Source of the DNA: a phage
Strand: one strand, 5' to 3'
Length of the DNA stretch: 64,000 nucleotides
Assembly: GCA_019326865.1 (NCBI GenBank)
Contig: GCA_019326865.1_4101.1
The position numbers and the translations under genes are program-made. Each line of letters begins with the position of its first letter. The stretch's first letter is position 1. A model generated the notes under the pieces. The model was not told where the DNA came from. It saw only the letters and a program-made list of their open reading frames with translations, and made no database searches. Positions 41,288-50,768 of the stretch are shown here, piece after piece.

Positions 41288-41315
41288 TCTTTCATCGAAA
41301 CGTGAGGATGAATAC

Positions 41316-41831
41316 ATGACACGCATTAACTTAGTACACGTTAAAGAACTTGCAGACCAACATCTGATGGCTGAATATCGTGAACTACCACGTGTATTTG
41401 GTGCTGTACAAAAACACGTTCAAGCACGTAAGCGTGTACGTGATTTCAAAATTAACAGTACTTATCTGTTAGGTTCAGGTCATGTGACATTCTTTTACGA
41501 CAAGTTGCTGTACTTACAGAAGCGTCATATCGATATTGTCAACGAATGTTTGCGTCGTGGTATGAAGATTCAAAATACTGAAGTAAACGACATTAGCAGC
41601 TTCCCTGCTGAGTTTTGTAATGACTATGTACCATCGGAGTCAGAGATTGAAATGTCTCGTAAGCGTTTGATTGAGAAGCTTCAGATGAAGCCTACGTGGT
41701 ATAAGTTTACTGATGTTGAATGTCCACAGTACGTTACAGATATGCTGAACGTAAGTAGTAAGTTCGAATATAGTACGGCTATGTTAGACGAAATTGAAGA
41801 ACAAATCAAAGATGAAATGAATAATTATTAA
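41316..41831 (+). CDS. denV: pyrimidine-dimer DNA glycosylase (T4 endonuclease V homolog)
   Basis: [35 protein letters not shown]...RVRDFKI...[10 protein letters not shown] closely matches T4 DenV as recalled; ~35-aa C-terminal extension. Confidence 0.9.
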   Translation: MTRINLVHVKELADQHLMAEYRELPRVFGAVQKHVQARKRVRDFKINSTYLLGSGHVTFFYDKLLYLQKRHIDIVNECLRRGMKIQNTEVNDISSFPAEFCNDYVPSESEIEMSRKRLIEKLQMKPTWYKFTDVECPQYVTDMLNVSSKFEYSTAMLDEIEEQIKDEMNNY

Positions 41832-41869
41832 AGGAAAGGATTGACTTCGGTCACATAAAGGAACATAAC

Positions 41870-42064
41870 ATGTTATTAGTATATTCAAAGCGTTTCTGGA
41901 TTTCTTTTATTGTACTATCGCTAATCGGCTTCGGTGTGAGTATACTCTTTTCGTGGGATGAATTGGGCACATGGTATTATGAAGTCCCGTGGTACATGAA
42001 GATAGCTCCTTGTTACGCGGCATTGTTCGTATCATTCCTTATTGTTGTCTTCAGCGAGGATTAG
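41870..42064 (+). CDS. small membrane protein
   Basis: 64 aa, two hydrophobic helices. Confidence 0.45.
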   Translation: MLLVYSKRFWISFIVLSLIGFGVSILFSWDELGTWYYEVPWYMKIAPCYAALFVSFLIVVFSED

Positions 42065-42171
42065 TTGATGTAGTATGTTCTACATCAAAAGTATTTGGAT
42101 ATTTGAGATATAAACATTGACACATGTTCTATCTTTCTGTATTATGTACATCACCAAATGAGGAATACAAC

Positions 42172-42531
42172 ATGGCATCTTTAAGTGAAATCGCGGAATA
42201 CAATCCACTAACAATCTCAACAATTCAACGTACAAAAACTTTTTATTTCCGTCCTGTTGATGGATGGAAACGTGGAATGAATAGTGACTATCGAGTACTG
42301 GAAGATTCACTCATCGAGCGTATCAACTCTGAACTACAGAAGTATGAAGGTGTTAAAGTTGTACGTTCAACTTCTCGTTATTTTGAGTACTATATTGAGT
42401 CTTTAACAGTAAATGAAAACTCATCATCATCTGTGGATAACACTGATATTCTTCGTAATGCAGTTGGTCTGTTATGCAACATTGCAGAAGAAATGGGATT
42501 AACTATCACAACAATGAGTGAAATAGAATAA
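42172..42531 (+). CDS. hypothetical protein
   Basis: SD GAGGAA before ATG 42172; track start 42124 rejected. Confidence 0.5.
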   Translation: MASLSEIAEYNPLTISTIQRTKTFYFRPVDGWKRGMNSDYRVLEDSLIERINSELQKYEGVKVVRSTSRYFEYYIESLTVNENSSSSVDNTDILRNAVGLLCNIAEEMGLTITTMSEIE

Positions 42532-42538
42532 CAAAAAA

Positions 42539-42571
42539 GGGTTGACTTTAGTCAGCCCTTTTTGCTATAAT
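42539..42571 (+). promoter_or_regulatory. terminator-promoter cassette (PeSL-like)
   Basis: GGGTTGACTTTAGTCAGCCC + T5 + CTATAAT + CATTTCATC leader + GAGGAT SD. Confidence 0.6.
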
Positions 42572-42599
42572 CATTTCATCAACTGATGAGGATAACGAA

Positions 42600-43373
42600 A
42601 TGAACCGTACAGAGAAAGCACTCCAAATTGAAAAGAACTTCAACTCCATGATGGCAGCACTGGAATGTCTTCTTGATACACAAACTAACTCGATCAACTC
42701 GCTGATCGTTTCTGGTAAAGGTGGTGTTGGTAAAACTTACAATGTTGACCAACGGTTACAGAAAGCTGATGACAACTTTGAAATCGACTACAAGAAAATC
42801 AGTGGTAAAGTAACTACTGTAGGTCTGTACGAAGCACTGTATCGTTCACGTCATGCTGCTTCAGTACTGTTACTTGACGACGTTGATATCTTCTCTGATG
42901 AAACGAATATTGATTTGCTTAAAGCTGTATTGGATACTTCTGAGAAGCGTGTAGTGTCTTATGCTACATCTGCGAAGTACCTGGAACAGCAGGGTATCCC
43001 TAAACAGTTTGAATTCCGTGGTAAAGTAATCTTTCTGACTAACAAAAATCTGTCACAGATTGCTAAAGGTAAAAGCAGTTTAGCACCACACATTGATGCA
43101 CTGATTACTCGTAGTATCTTTGTTGACCTGCAACTGTTCACCAACGAAGAAGTTATGATTCACATTGAGAATATCATGAACAAAACTAACATCCTTGAGA
43201 ACAATGGTGTTAACAAAAATGGTTGTAAAGCAATTTTGAACTGGATGTTGAGTAATGAAGATCGTCTGCGTTCACCTTCACTGCGTATGCCAGTACTGAT
43301 CGCTGGACTGTATAATAAATTCCCATATGATTGGGAGTCAATGGCAGAGAATATGTTCCTTGAGAAAAATTGA
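42600..43373 (+). CDS. P-loop NTPase with deviant Walker A (ParA/MinD-like?)
   Basis: SGKGGVGKT Walker A and hhhhDDVD Walker-B-like LLLDDVDI. Confidence 0.4.
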   Translation: MNRTEKALQIEKNFNSMMAALECLLDTQTNSINSLIVSGKGGVGKTYNVDQRLQKADDNFEIDYKKISGKVTTVGLYEALYRSRHAASVLLLDDVDIFSDETNIDLLKAVLDTSEKRVVSYATSAKYLEQQGIPKQFEFRGKVIFLTNKNLSQIAKGKSSLAPHIDALITRSIFVDLQLFTNEEVMIHIENIMNKTNILENNGVNKNGCKAILNWMLSNEDRLRSPSLRMPVLIAGLYNKFPYDWESMAENMFLEKN

Positions 43374-43429
43374 TCACGAGCATTAACCGAACTAACAATG
43401 TGTAGTATTTAATTTACTGGAGACACCCA

Positions 43430-43771
43430 ATGTGTGAGTTTTTTGAATCTAATATAATGCTTGGTATTACATTGATATACATGTATGTATTCTTGTTTTA
43501 TCATTCAATTGTAATTAGTCTTTGGTATTTTAAAAGGAAAATGGTTTTTAAATTATATTCATATGATAATGTATTCTTAGTTATATATAGTATCATACAA
43601 GGTGGGTTTGTTCTATTTGGTATTATGACGTATGTGATTTATAGATTACAAATTGATAACACACCATACATTACACAATATGTTGTGTTTTCAGGACTAA
43701 TCGTATGGTTATTGGTGTGTATAATTTATTTTATAATTAAAGCTCGTGATAAAATTAAAGGGGATTTCTAA
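43430..43771 (+). CDS. small 3-TM membrane protein, family member
   Basis: 113 aa; three hydrophobic helices; C-terminus ...KIKGDF. Confidence 0.55.
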   Translation: MCEFFESNIMLGITLIYMYVFLFYHSIVISLWYFKRKMVFKLYSYDNVFLVIYSIIQGGFVLFGIMTYVIYRLQIDNTPYITQYVVFSGLIVWLLVCIIYFIIKARDKIKGDF

Positions 43772-44109
43772 TGTTAGAATTTTTTAAATCAGATGTGATG
43801 CTTAGTATTACATTGATTTATATGTTTGGTTTTTTATTTTATCATCTACTAGTTGTAGTTCTATGGTATTTTAAAAAGAAAATAGTTTTCAAACTGTATC
43901 CACCTAGTAACATTTTATTGTTTCTTTACACACTTATTCAAGGTATGTTTGTTATTATTGGTGTTATCACACACTTAATCTATTGTTATAATCCACATTT
44001 AAAATCAATAACACAATATATTGTTTTCTTTGGGTTGTTCATTTGGTTAATTATATACTTAATTGAACTCATTATTCATAGTAGAGAAAAAATTCGTGGA
44101 GACTTCTAA
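43771..44109 (+). CDS. small 3-TM membrane protein, family member
   Basis: Close paralog of 43430 ORF (MLEFFKSDVMLSITLIYMFGFLFYH...). Confidence 0.55.
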   Translation: MLEFFKSDVMLSITLIYMFGFLFYHLLVVVLWYFKKKIVFKLYPPSNILLFLYTLIQGMFVIIGVITHLIYCYNPHLKSITQYIVFFGLFIWLIIYLIELIIHSREKIRGDF

Positions 44110-44456
44110 TGTTTGAAGCTTATCTTGATTTTTTAAGAAATAGTCCAGTTGCACATTCACTTGCAGGAATTATACTAACAACTTATATCACATTTTGGGG
44201 AGTTATGTTTCTAGGATGGTATTTTAAACGACAATTCTATAAACGTAATGGCGAACATTTTATGAATTCTGTCATTAATCAATCGTTGTTTGCATCAACA
44301 TTTATAGCATCTATTTTAGCCATACTCACAGGAAAGGTTCTGCCAGCGTATTCAGTAACTTACGGAACACTTTGGATGATATGTTTAACTTTTATATTGA
44401 CCATTAAAATTTGTTGTGTTATGATTGAACTTCGAAATAAGATACCGGAGGAATGA
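44109..44456 (+). CDS. small 3-TM membrane protein, family member
   Basis: C-terminus ...ELRNKIPEE; TAATG overlap. Confidence 0.5.
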   Translation: MFEAYLDFLRNSPVAHSLAGIILTTYITFWGVMFLGWYFKRQFYKRNGEHFMNSVINQSLFASTFIASILAILTGKVLPAYSVTYGTLWMICLTFILTIKICCVMIELRNKIPEE

Positions 44457-44791
44457 TGGAGTATTTTATTGATTTACTGCCGTGGTATATGAAAGTGAGT
44501 ATTTTATACTATATTATTAGTACTGGATTCTACTTCCTGATGTGGTTTTTTAAACGACCAATTTCAGTGTACATTGCTAATAACATGCTGCAATTAAAAT
44601 TACACGCATGGTTTTTTATGGCGATGTTTATGCCTATTATTCACTACTCAATGATTAGTATAGGTTTACGTTCTAATGGTGAACCAATTGTATTAGTATT
44701 CTATTGGGGTTCAACTATAGTATATTTCGGTTTGCTATTGTTCCCCATCATTCATAAATTACGTGCTAAAGTTCCTGATGCGAGGTATTAA
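44453..44791 (+). CDS. small 3-TM membrane protein, family member
   Basis: C-terminus ...KLRAKVPDARY; ATGA overlap. Confidence 0.5.
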   Translation: MMEYFIDLLPWYMKVSILYYIISTGFYFLMWFFKRPISVYIANNMLQLKLHAWFFMAMFMPIIHYSMISIGLRSNGEPIVLVFYWGSTIVYFGLLLFPIIHKLRAKVPDARY

Positions 44792-45105
44792 TGGATATCG
44801 TAACATTGATCTACACGTTGTATTCATTCTATTTCATTATGTGTTGGGTTGGATTTTTATTTGTACTCAAGATGTTTGATTATGTTGAAAAACAGATAAA
44901 AGATTTTTGTATTCCTTTTATCGGTTCAACCATTATTAGTGTTTCTTGTGTTTATTTTTTAGTGTTTGATCCACCAGATAACACTGCGATGATTGACTTC
45001 ATGTTACTACCAACCACTGTAATTTTTTTATGTAGTCTGATGCCACCTATTAGTCGTGGATTAACTGAATTTAGACGCAAACAAAAGCGTAAAAGAGGGA
45101 TGTAA
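44791..45105 (+). CDS. small 3-TM membrane protein, family member
   Basis: C-terminus ...RRKQKRKRGM. Confidence 0.5.
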   Translation: MDIVTLIYTLYSFYFIMCWVGFLFVLKMFDYVEKQIKDFCIPFIGSTIISVSCVYFLVFDPPDNTAMIDFMLLPTTVIFLCSLMPPISRGLTEFRRKQKRKRGM

Positions 45106-45473
45106 TGGAAATTGCTCTTATTATCTTAACTGCTATGCTGTTTATTAGTACATTGGTTATAATTGGCAAATTCTTTTGTGTATCATTTTTAGAAACGGTA
45201 TACGATGAAATTGCTGATGATTATGAATTACACGCCGGATTTTTCATTACGTATTGGCTTAGTTTATTTTGTCTAGTCATTGTTTGGATTTTACATATCT
45301 TTAAATGGGGTATGGTGGACGGTGATCCTATCATGGCAATTATTGTTCTAGTGTTTGGTATCCTAGGTGGTGCAGTACATAATATGATGGTTATTTGGCA
45401 AACTGTTCAATGTGTATTGGTTCCTTATTTCGAAAAAATGCACAGTACAATTAAAAAACGTAAACGAGGTTAG
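45105..45473 (+). CDS. small 3-TM membrane protein, family member
   Basis: C-terminus ...KKRKRG. Confidence 0.5.
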   Translation: MEIALIILTAMLFISTLVIIGKFFCVSFLETVYDEIADDYELHAGFFITYWLSLFCLVIVWILHIFKWGMVDGDPIMAIIVLVFGILGGAVHNMMVIWQTVQCVLVPYFEKMHSTIKKRKRG

Positions 45474-45474
45474 T

Positions 45475-45837
45475 ATGAACGGGATTGAATTATCTTTCAT
45501 TGGTCAAATACTAGTAATGGTGAATACTTTCTTTTTCTCACTTATTGCATTAATGTGCATTGGAAAGTATTTTCATAAACAACCATTCTCAAATTTATAT
45601 GATGTAATAAAAAAGAAATATAGTCCTGCACATAGTGTACTTATTTGCAGTTTCAATTTTGGTTTTGTTGTATTAATAATTGGATTGTTAACATCAACGT
45701 CAAATGTAATGATCTTCGGTCTTATGATCTGTTCATTGGTATTAGCAGTAATTGTATGTTGTTTAGTACTGCACCTTGTAGTACTATTATATATAAAGCT
45801 CGTTGAAATCCATCAACGTTTAGGTATGAGGAAATAA
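45475..45837 (+). CDS. small 3-TM membrane protein, family member
   Basis: ATG 45475 1 nt after upstream stop; track start 45412 rejected. Confidence 0.5.
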   Translation: MNGIELSFIGQILVMVNTFFFSLIALMCIGKYFHKQPFSNLYDVIKKKYSPAHSVLICSFNFGFVVLIIGLLTSTSNVMIFGLMICSLVLAVIVCCLVLHLVVLLYIKLVEIHQRLGMRK

Positions 45838-45838
45838 T

Positions 45839-46210
45839 ATGAGTTACCGTGAGATATTTTCCATTATTTCAATTATTATGTTCAGTGCTGGGACATTGGT
45901 GTGGGTATTATATTTTTTCTGTGTATCACCAGTGTATAATATGTTATGTAATATTAAATCAAGTTCTGGATATATGACTTTTATGATCTTTATGGGATAT
46001 TATTGTCTAAGCATTTTAGGTGTTGTTTTGGTTGTTATATTTGATGTAGGGCCAAATAAGGATGGTCTGAAAATGTATGAGTTAATAACTATGTTTGGGT
46101 GTATGATACCAACTGCACTAATGTTTGTAGCTATTGGTGCTGGATGTATAAAGTTATACAATTATTTAAAATCCATTCATCATTCCATTCATAATAAACG
46201 TATGTCATAA
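45839..46210 (+). CDS. small 3-TM membrane protein, family member
   Basis: C-terminus ...IHNKRMS. Confidence 0.5.
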   Translation: MSYREIFSIISIIMFSAGTLVWVLYFFCVSPVYNMLCNIKSSSGYMTFMIFMGYYCLSILGVVLVVIFDVGPNKDGLKMYELITMFGCMIPTALMFVAIGAGCIKLYNYLKSIHHSIHNKRMS

Positions 46211-46251
46211 TAAAAATCCAGTACTGAATAGTACTGGACTAATAAGGAGTT

Positions 46252-46902
46252 ATGATGAAATCAAAATTAGGTTTGTTTTATGGAAACTACTTCATTAAAC
46301 AGCGTAAATTCATAAAAAAATACTTCTCCACAGAGAAATCTAGTCCTATAATTTTTAAAAGACCAAAATATAATTTTTACTTAGCAGGTGCTAAACAGTC
46401 TAAGAAATTCATTACATTTTTAAATAAAAACAAAATTAAAGCTTCTTATGTTGAAACTAGAAAGAACTCATCGATAATTCCTGGTGATTTCATTGAATAC
46501 GGATGTTTCAATATTAAGTACAATGATAGCACATACTGTATGGATATTGATTGCAATACATCAAATCTTTTTAACATTGTAATAAATCCATCGAAACAAT
46601 ATAATGTTTATGGTGATTCAATTATCAAATTAATAAAAAACAAAGATTGGTTTGATTTTGAAATAAATGTTTTAGATGAAAATTATGATGAAGTTCCAGT
46701 TAACCCTGAAATATGTGATATATTAAACAGTTTAAAAGGTAGTAGCTACAATATACCATCTGATTTAATGTTTCAGTACTCTTTAATACATAAAGATATT
46801 GAACATTATATTGTGTGTGCTAAAATCTTGAATTATCTGTATGATGAATTTAAAATGAGTTCTAAAATAACAGCATATACTCTTTATAATATTTCTATAT
46901 AA
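46252..46902 (+). CDS. hypothetical protein
   Basis: 216-aa ORF, convergent with RCC1-like array. Confidence 0.5.
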   Translation: MMKSKLGLFYGNYFIKQRKFIKKYFSTEKSSPIIFKRPKYNFYLAGAKQSKKFITFLNKNKIKASYVETRKNSSIIPGDFIEYGCFNIKYNDSTYCMDIDCNTSNLFNIVINPSKQYNVYGDSIIKLIKNKDWFDFEINVLDENYDEVPVNPEICDILNSLKGSSYNIPSDLMFQYSLIHKDIEHYIVCAKILNYLYDEFKMSSKITAYTLYNISI

Positions 46903-46916
46903 TTTAAAATATTAAA

Positions 46917-46952
46917 GCCAGTACGAGAGCACTGGCTTTAATATTATTTTTT
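46917..46952. terminator. bidirectional terminator between convergent genes
   Basis: Hairpin GCCAGT-ACGAGAGC-ACTGGC flanked by A-run and T-run. Confidence 0.55.
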
Positions 46953-48089
46953 CCAAGGAAGTAACGAAGTTGGAATCTTGATAGGTATATTTGATGCAAC
47001 AACATCAGGAAAATTTGCATCTCCACAAACATACAAATTATCGATTTCGTCTATCAATAATGTATAGTTGTAACTTCTACAAAAACCACTTAAGACTCTT
47101 CCCTCTAATGCAGATAAATTCATTTCAGTGAATTGAGTGATATATGTTTCATTTGAACCAACACCACATTGACCATTAGCATTTATACCACAAGTAAGCA
47201 ATTTATTATTGTTTTGAATTACACATGATGGTCCAGCAAGGTTCGTACCTAGTTCACCTACAACATTAACTTCACCTTTTAATGATAAATTTGGGATCAC
47301 TGTACTCATTGGGACTCGAGATGTATTTCCGACACCTGCTTGCCCTGAGCCATTAGTGGATGCTACTTTAACAGTACCGTCATTAAGAAAAATATAAGAT
47401 GTTTCGATTGTATTAACTGCTTGAGTAGCTGATGTTATTGACGTATCCTGTTTGAATTTAAGTACATTTGTCGTTGTTGAACCAGAGATAAATGTAGCAC
47501 CTGCGTACCAATATGTTCCATCCTGGAGTACTAAACCAGTACTTCTAATTGAACACCCAGCACTTCGAACATTTTCTATATGACTATATGTAAAGGTTGA
47601 TACGATTGAAGATTCACCATTACCGAACACCCCACCAGTACCTGCACCACAGAAAAACCATTTACCGTTTTTCAAAAATACACGCATACAAGCAGAAATA
47701 ACCACACTATCAATATCACTTGCAGTTACACCAAAATCGGTAAATAAATGAGTTATATCAATCCAATTACCACCAGTATTTGATGGGAGATGTGGAATTA
47801 CAACTCTAGTCCCTGTGTACCAGATTGTATCATCATCTTTAATAACAAGCGTACCTTGAACACCACCCCAATACCTGGTTACATTAGTATTAACAAGTGT
47901 CCACTCATTAGATGATTCCGTTGAGCCATTACCACCTTGACCATATGATGATGAACCGCACCAGTATAAATTGCCATTTTTATTTAAATAAAATTTTGCA
48001 TCAGCCGAGCATTGTAATCTGTATTTGAATACGGTTTTTGGTGCTGGTGCAATATTTGCATACTTAATCATTCTTCCAAAAGGTAACAT
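46944..48089 (-). CDS. RCC1-like beta-propeller repeat protein, paralog 1
   Basis: N-terminus MLPFGRMIKYAN; blade-like motifs LYWCGSSSYGQGGNG, LLTCGINANGQCGVGSNE. Confidence 0.6.
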   Translation of the reverse strand: MLPFGRMIKYANIAPAPKTVFKYRLQCSADAKFYLNKNGNLYWCGSSSYGQGGNGSTESSNEWTLVNTNVTRYWGGVQGTLVIKDDDTIWYTGTRVVIPHLPSNTGGNWIDITHLFTDFGVTASDIDSVVISACMRVFLKNGKWFFCGAGTGGVFGNGESSIVSTFTYSHIENVRSAGCSIRSTGLVLQDGTYWYAGATFISGSTTTNVLKFKQDTSITSATQAVNTIETSYIFLNDGTVKVASTNGSGQAGVGNTSRVPMSTVIPNLSLKGEVNVVGELGTNLAGPSCVIQNNNKLLTCGINANGQCGVGSNETYITQFTEMNLSALEGRVLSGFCRSYNYTLLIDEIDNLYVCGDANFPDVVASNIPIKIPTSLLPWKK

Positions 48090-48162
48090 AATTTCTCTCC
48101 TTCATTCATTATACTGTATTTAACCCAATTAAGAAAAGCCAGTATCAAGTACTGGTATTTTA

Positions 48163-49512
48163 TTATTGTAATGGAATTTCAGTGAGTGTTTTATATGTAC
48201 TTCCGTTATACACCCCTCTCCAATATACTTTACCATCAGTACTAACCACTAATAATCCATATGTTGTAAACCCAAGAGTACCACCAACATACATAGCATC
48301 TTTGATTCTAATACCAATGTCTTCATATGTAAATGACGCGACTGCACCCGCTTGCCATGAAGGACTAGCGTAGTAATCACTATAAACACCATGTGCTTTA
48401 TATATTGATGTTGTTCCTGGTTCAAAAATTACAGTTCCACAGTAGTTCATTCGTATTTTAGTACTGGATGAAGTTGGTACATTTATACCTACGTCATCTT
48501 TTATCCCTGTGGTTAGGACGTTAAAACCACCCGCCACACGGTTGACGTCATTCGCACCGATTAAATACATACCAACGTTGTAGCCCATATAAAACACACT
48601 AGAGCTTCCATTCCAGAAAGAAAAACCACCACCATTCCCACAGCGATATAGTTGTGAATTTGAGCAGTACATCATACCTTCGTTTGTCGCATCAAATTCA
48701 TCTGCTTTTCCTATTGTAGCTACTGTAGTCCAAGTTTTAATTACTTGGTTTGTACTAGCTGGTGTTTGTATACCATATCGTATATTATACCCTTTACCGA
48801 CTATTGTACCATCTTCTAATTTGGCATAAAGTACAGGTCTATTACCAACAAAATACATATTATTGTGTGACATGTCTATTGTGCATCTTAATGAAACTAC
48901 TTTTTGTTTCAATTGATTATCTTTAGTAAAAGAAGTAAAGTAGTAATCTGATGTTGAGTTGTTTATTAAACCTTGTATTGACAACCCCATATACCAGATT
49001 TCTCCATTACTGTTCAATGCTGCCAAAATACAACTATATTTTGAAGTATATGCTGGGGTTACTGATGTTGCTGGTCCTTTATCATATCCACCACAGAATA
49101 CCATCTCCACAACTTCACCCACGTTAGCAAAATAAGAAGATACATTGATAAAACCATTTGTTATAAAAGGTGCTGTATTTATACTTGAATGTGTGAATAT
49201 CCCATTTGCATATACACCACAAAAATGATATGAACCATCATTATCTTGGACTATTATTCCATTTGATAGTAACCAAAAATTGTTTACATTTTTTCTTACT
49301 AATTCGATTCCTGCCCCATTAGTTGGCGTTATACCAAAAGAAACATATTTTGTTTGACCAATTCCATATAAATTTCCATTTGATGCTAATATTGCACCAA
49401 ACCAATTACCACCACCATTCTTGTTATGACCCATACCTATAGAATCAAATTTCTTAACAGTAGGAGCTTGTACTTTGTTCCCATAATTCACCATTCTTCC
49501 AAAAGGTAACAT
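48163..49512 (-). CDS. RCC1-like beta-propeller repeat protein, paralog 2
   Basis: N-terminus MLPFGRMVNYGN; G/S/T/N-rich repeats. Confidence 0.55.
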   Translation of the reverse strand: MLPFGRMVNYGNKVQAPTVKKFDSIGMGHNKNGGGNWFGAILASNGNLYGIGQTKYVSFGITPTNGAGIELVRKNVNNFWLLSNGIIVQDNDGSYHFCGVYANGIFTHSSINTAPFITNGFINVSSYFANVGEVVEMVFCGGYDKGPATSVTPAYTSKYSCILAALNSNGEIWYMGLSIQGLINNSTSDYYFTSFTKDNQLKQKVVSLRCTIDMSHNNMYFVGNRPVLYAKLEDGTIVGKGYNIRYGIQTPASTNQVIKTWTTVATIGKADEFDATNEGMMYCSNSQLYRCGNGGGFSFWNGSSSVFYMGYNVGMYLIGANDVNRVAGGFNVLTTGIKDDVGINVPTSSSTKIRMNYCGTVIFEPGTTSIYKAHGVYSDYYASPSWQAGAVASFTYEDIGIRIKDAMYVGGTLGFTTYGLLVVSTDGKVYWRGVYNGSTYKTLTEIPLQ

Positions 49513-49584
49513 ATTTCCCTCCTTTATTCATTATACTATATTTAATACTAAAAGAAAAAGCCAGTATCAAGTACTGGCATTATG

Positions 49585-50694
49585 TCATTTTGGTAAATTA
49601 ATTTTAGTAAAGGCTGCAACATCCTCGATTGCACCAGGAATTGCGTAATACGATCCAGTACTATATACATCTCCGTCTTTGGTTAATATTGATGTTAAAC
49701 CATCACTAAAAAGAACATCCCTAATCTCACTAACTTCAACGGGTAATTGTAAATTAGTAGCACTATATATTGCACCAGTTTGAGAATTGTTTAATCCCAA
49801 ACCACGGTTCGCCCCAACACCCTTCTGATATGTACTAGTAATTACCATTTGTGTAGCAGTATTTAAGGCAGGTGAATTCGTCATAAACAACGGTGAACTA
49901 TTAGGCAAAGTACTTGCAGGAACTGCACGAAATGTAGTTGTATCTGAACTAAGAAAGTTTGGCGTTTGACCACATACGAAATATGATGTACCATTATAGT
50001 AATTAAATGCATTACCACCAATGACTGCATCGATTACACCAGAGCTACGTAATCCCCACGTGTTAATTTGTGTTCGGTTCCCCGTGCCATGCTGACCCCT
50101 GTCATTCCACCCAGAACTATATAACTTATTATCTAATGTAATATACATACTGTCATTTGCATTCGTCATTACTTTACGCACATTAGTAGCACATTGAGTT
50201 AATGTGTAAATTGATGATGAACCAATACCTAAAGCACCACGATATCCATTAGCTCCTGCACCATAGAGTACTGAACTAGTGCTAAGTACAAATATTAAAC
50301 CATACGAACATACAATATTAGCAATTTCACTCACTGGTATAGCACTGGTAAACCAATTAGTTCTTTCAACTAATACTGTGCTGTAAGAAGTAGTTGTAGA
50401 CGATGTGAACCAATATGTTTCCCCTGATGTCCATATAGTATTATCATTTTTAATAATAACAAGTGCACGATCACCTACGAAAAAATTAGAAACATCTGCA
50501 CTTACTAATATCCATGAAGATACCGTGTTTTTATTACCATTTCCAGATTCACCACCTTGATTTCTACCTATGTAATATAAATCATGTGAATCAGTTAATA
50601 AGAATTGACCCTGTGTAGATGCACCAACTTTAATTATATTTTTAGGACCAGGTACAATATTCCCATAATCAAACATTCTTACAAAAGGTAACAT
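49585..50694 (-). CDS. RCC1-like beta-propeller repeat protein, paralog 3
   Basis: Start set to MLPFVRMFDYGN after SD GGAG; motifs YYIGRNQGGESGNG, YSSGWNDRGQHGTGN. Confidence 0.6.
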   Translation of the reverse strand: MLPFVRMFDYGNIVPGPKNIIKVGASTQGQFLLTDSHDLYYIGRNQGGESGNGNKNTVSSWILVSADVSNFFVGDRALVIIKNDNTIWTSGETYWFTSSTTTSYSTVLVERTNWFTSAIPVSEIANIVCSYGLIFVLSTSSVLYGAGANGYRGALGIGSSSIYTLTQCATNVRKVMTNANDSMYITLDNKLYSSGWNDRGQHGTGNRTQINTWGLRSSGVIDAVIGGNAFNYYNGTSYFVCGQTPNFLSSDTTTFRAVPASTLPNSSPLFMTNSPALNTATQMVITSTYQKGVGANRGLGLNNSQTGAIYSATNLQLPVEVSEIRDVLFSDGLTSILTKDGDVYSTGSYYAIPGAIEDVAAFTKINLPK

Positions 50695-50768
50695 AACTAA
50701 AATCTCCATATAATAATTATAATGTATTTACAAAAAAATACCAGTACGTATTTCAGTACTGGTATCAT

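Noticed and set aside
48182-48373. Short plus-strand ORFs inside the RCC1-like genes (48182-48373, 50722-50910, 52366-52593) and minus ORF 53013-53207
   Set aside because: Fully contained within the long minus-strand paralogs or their leader; no independent support.
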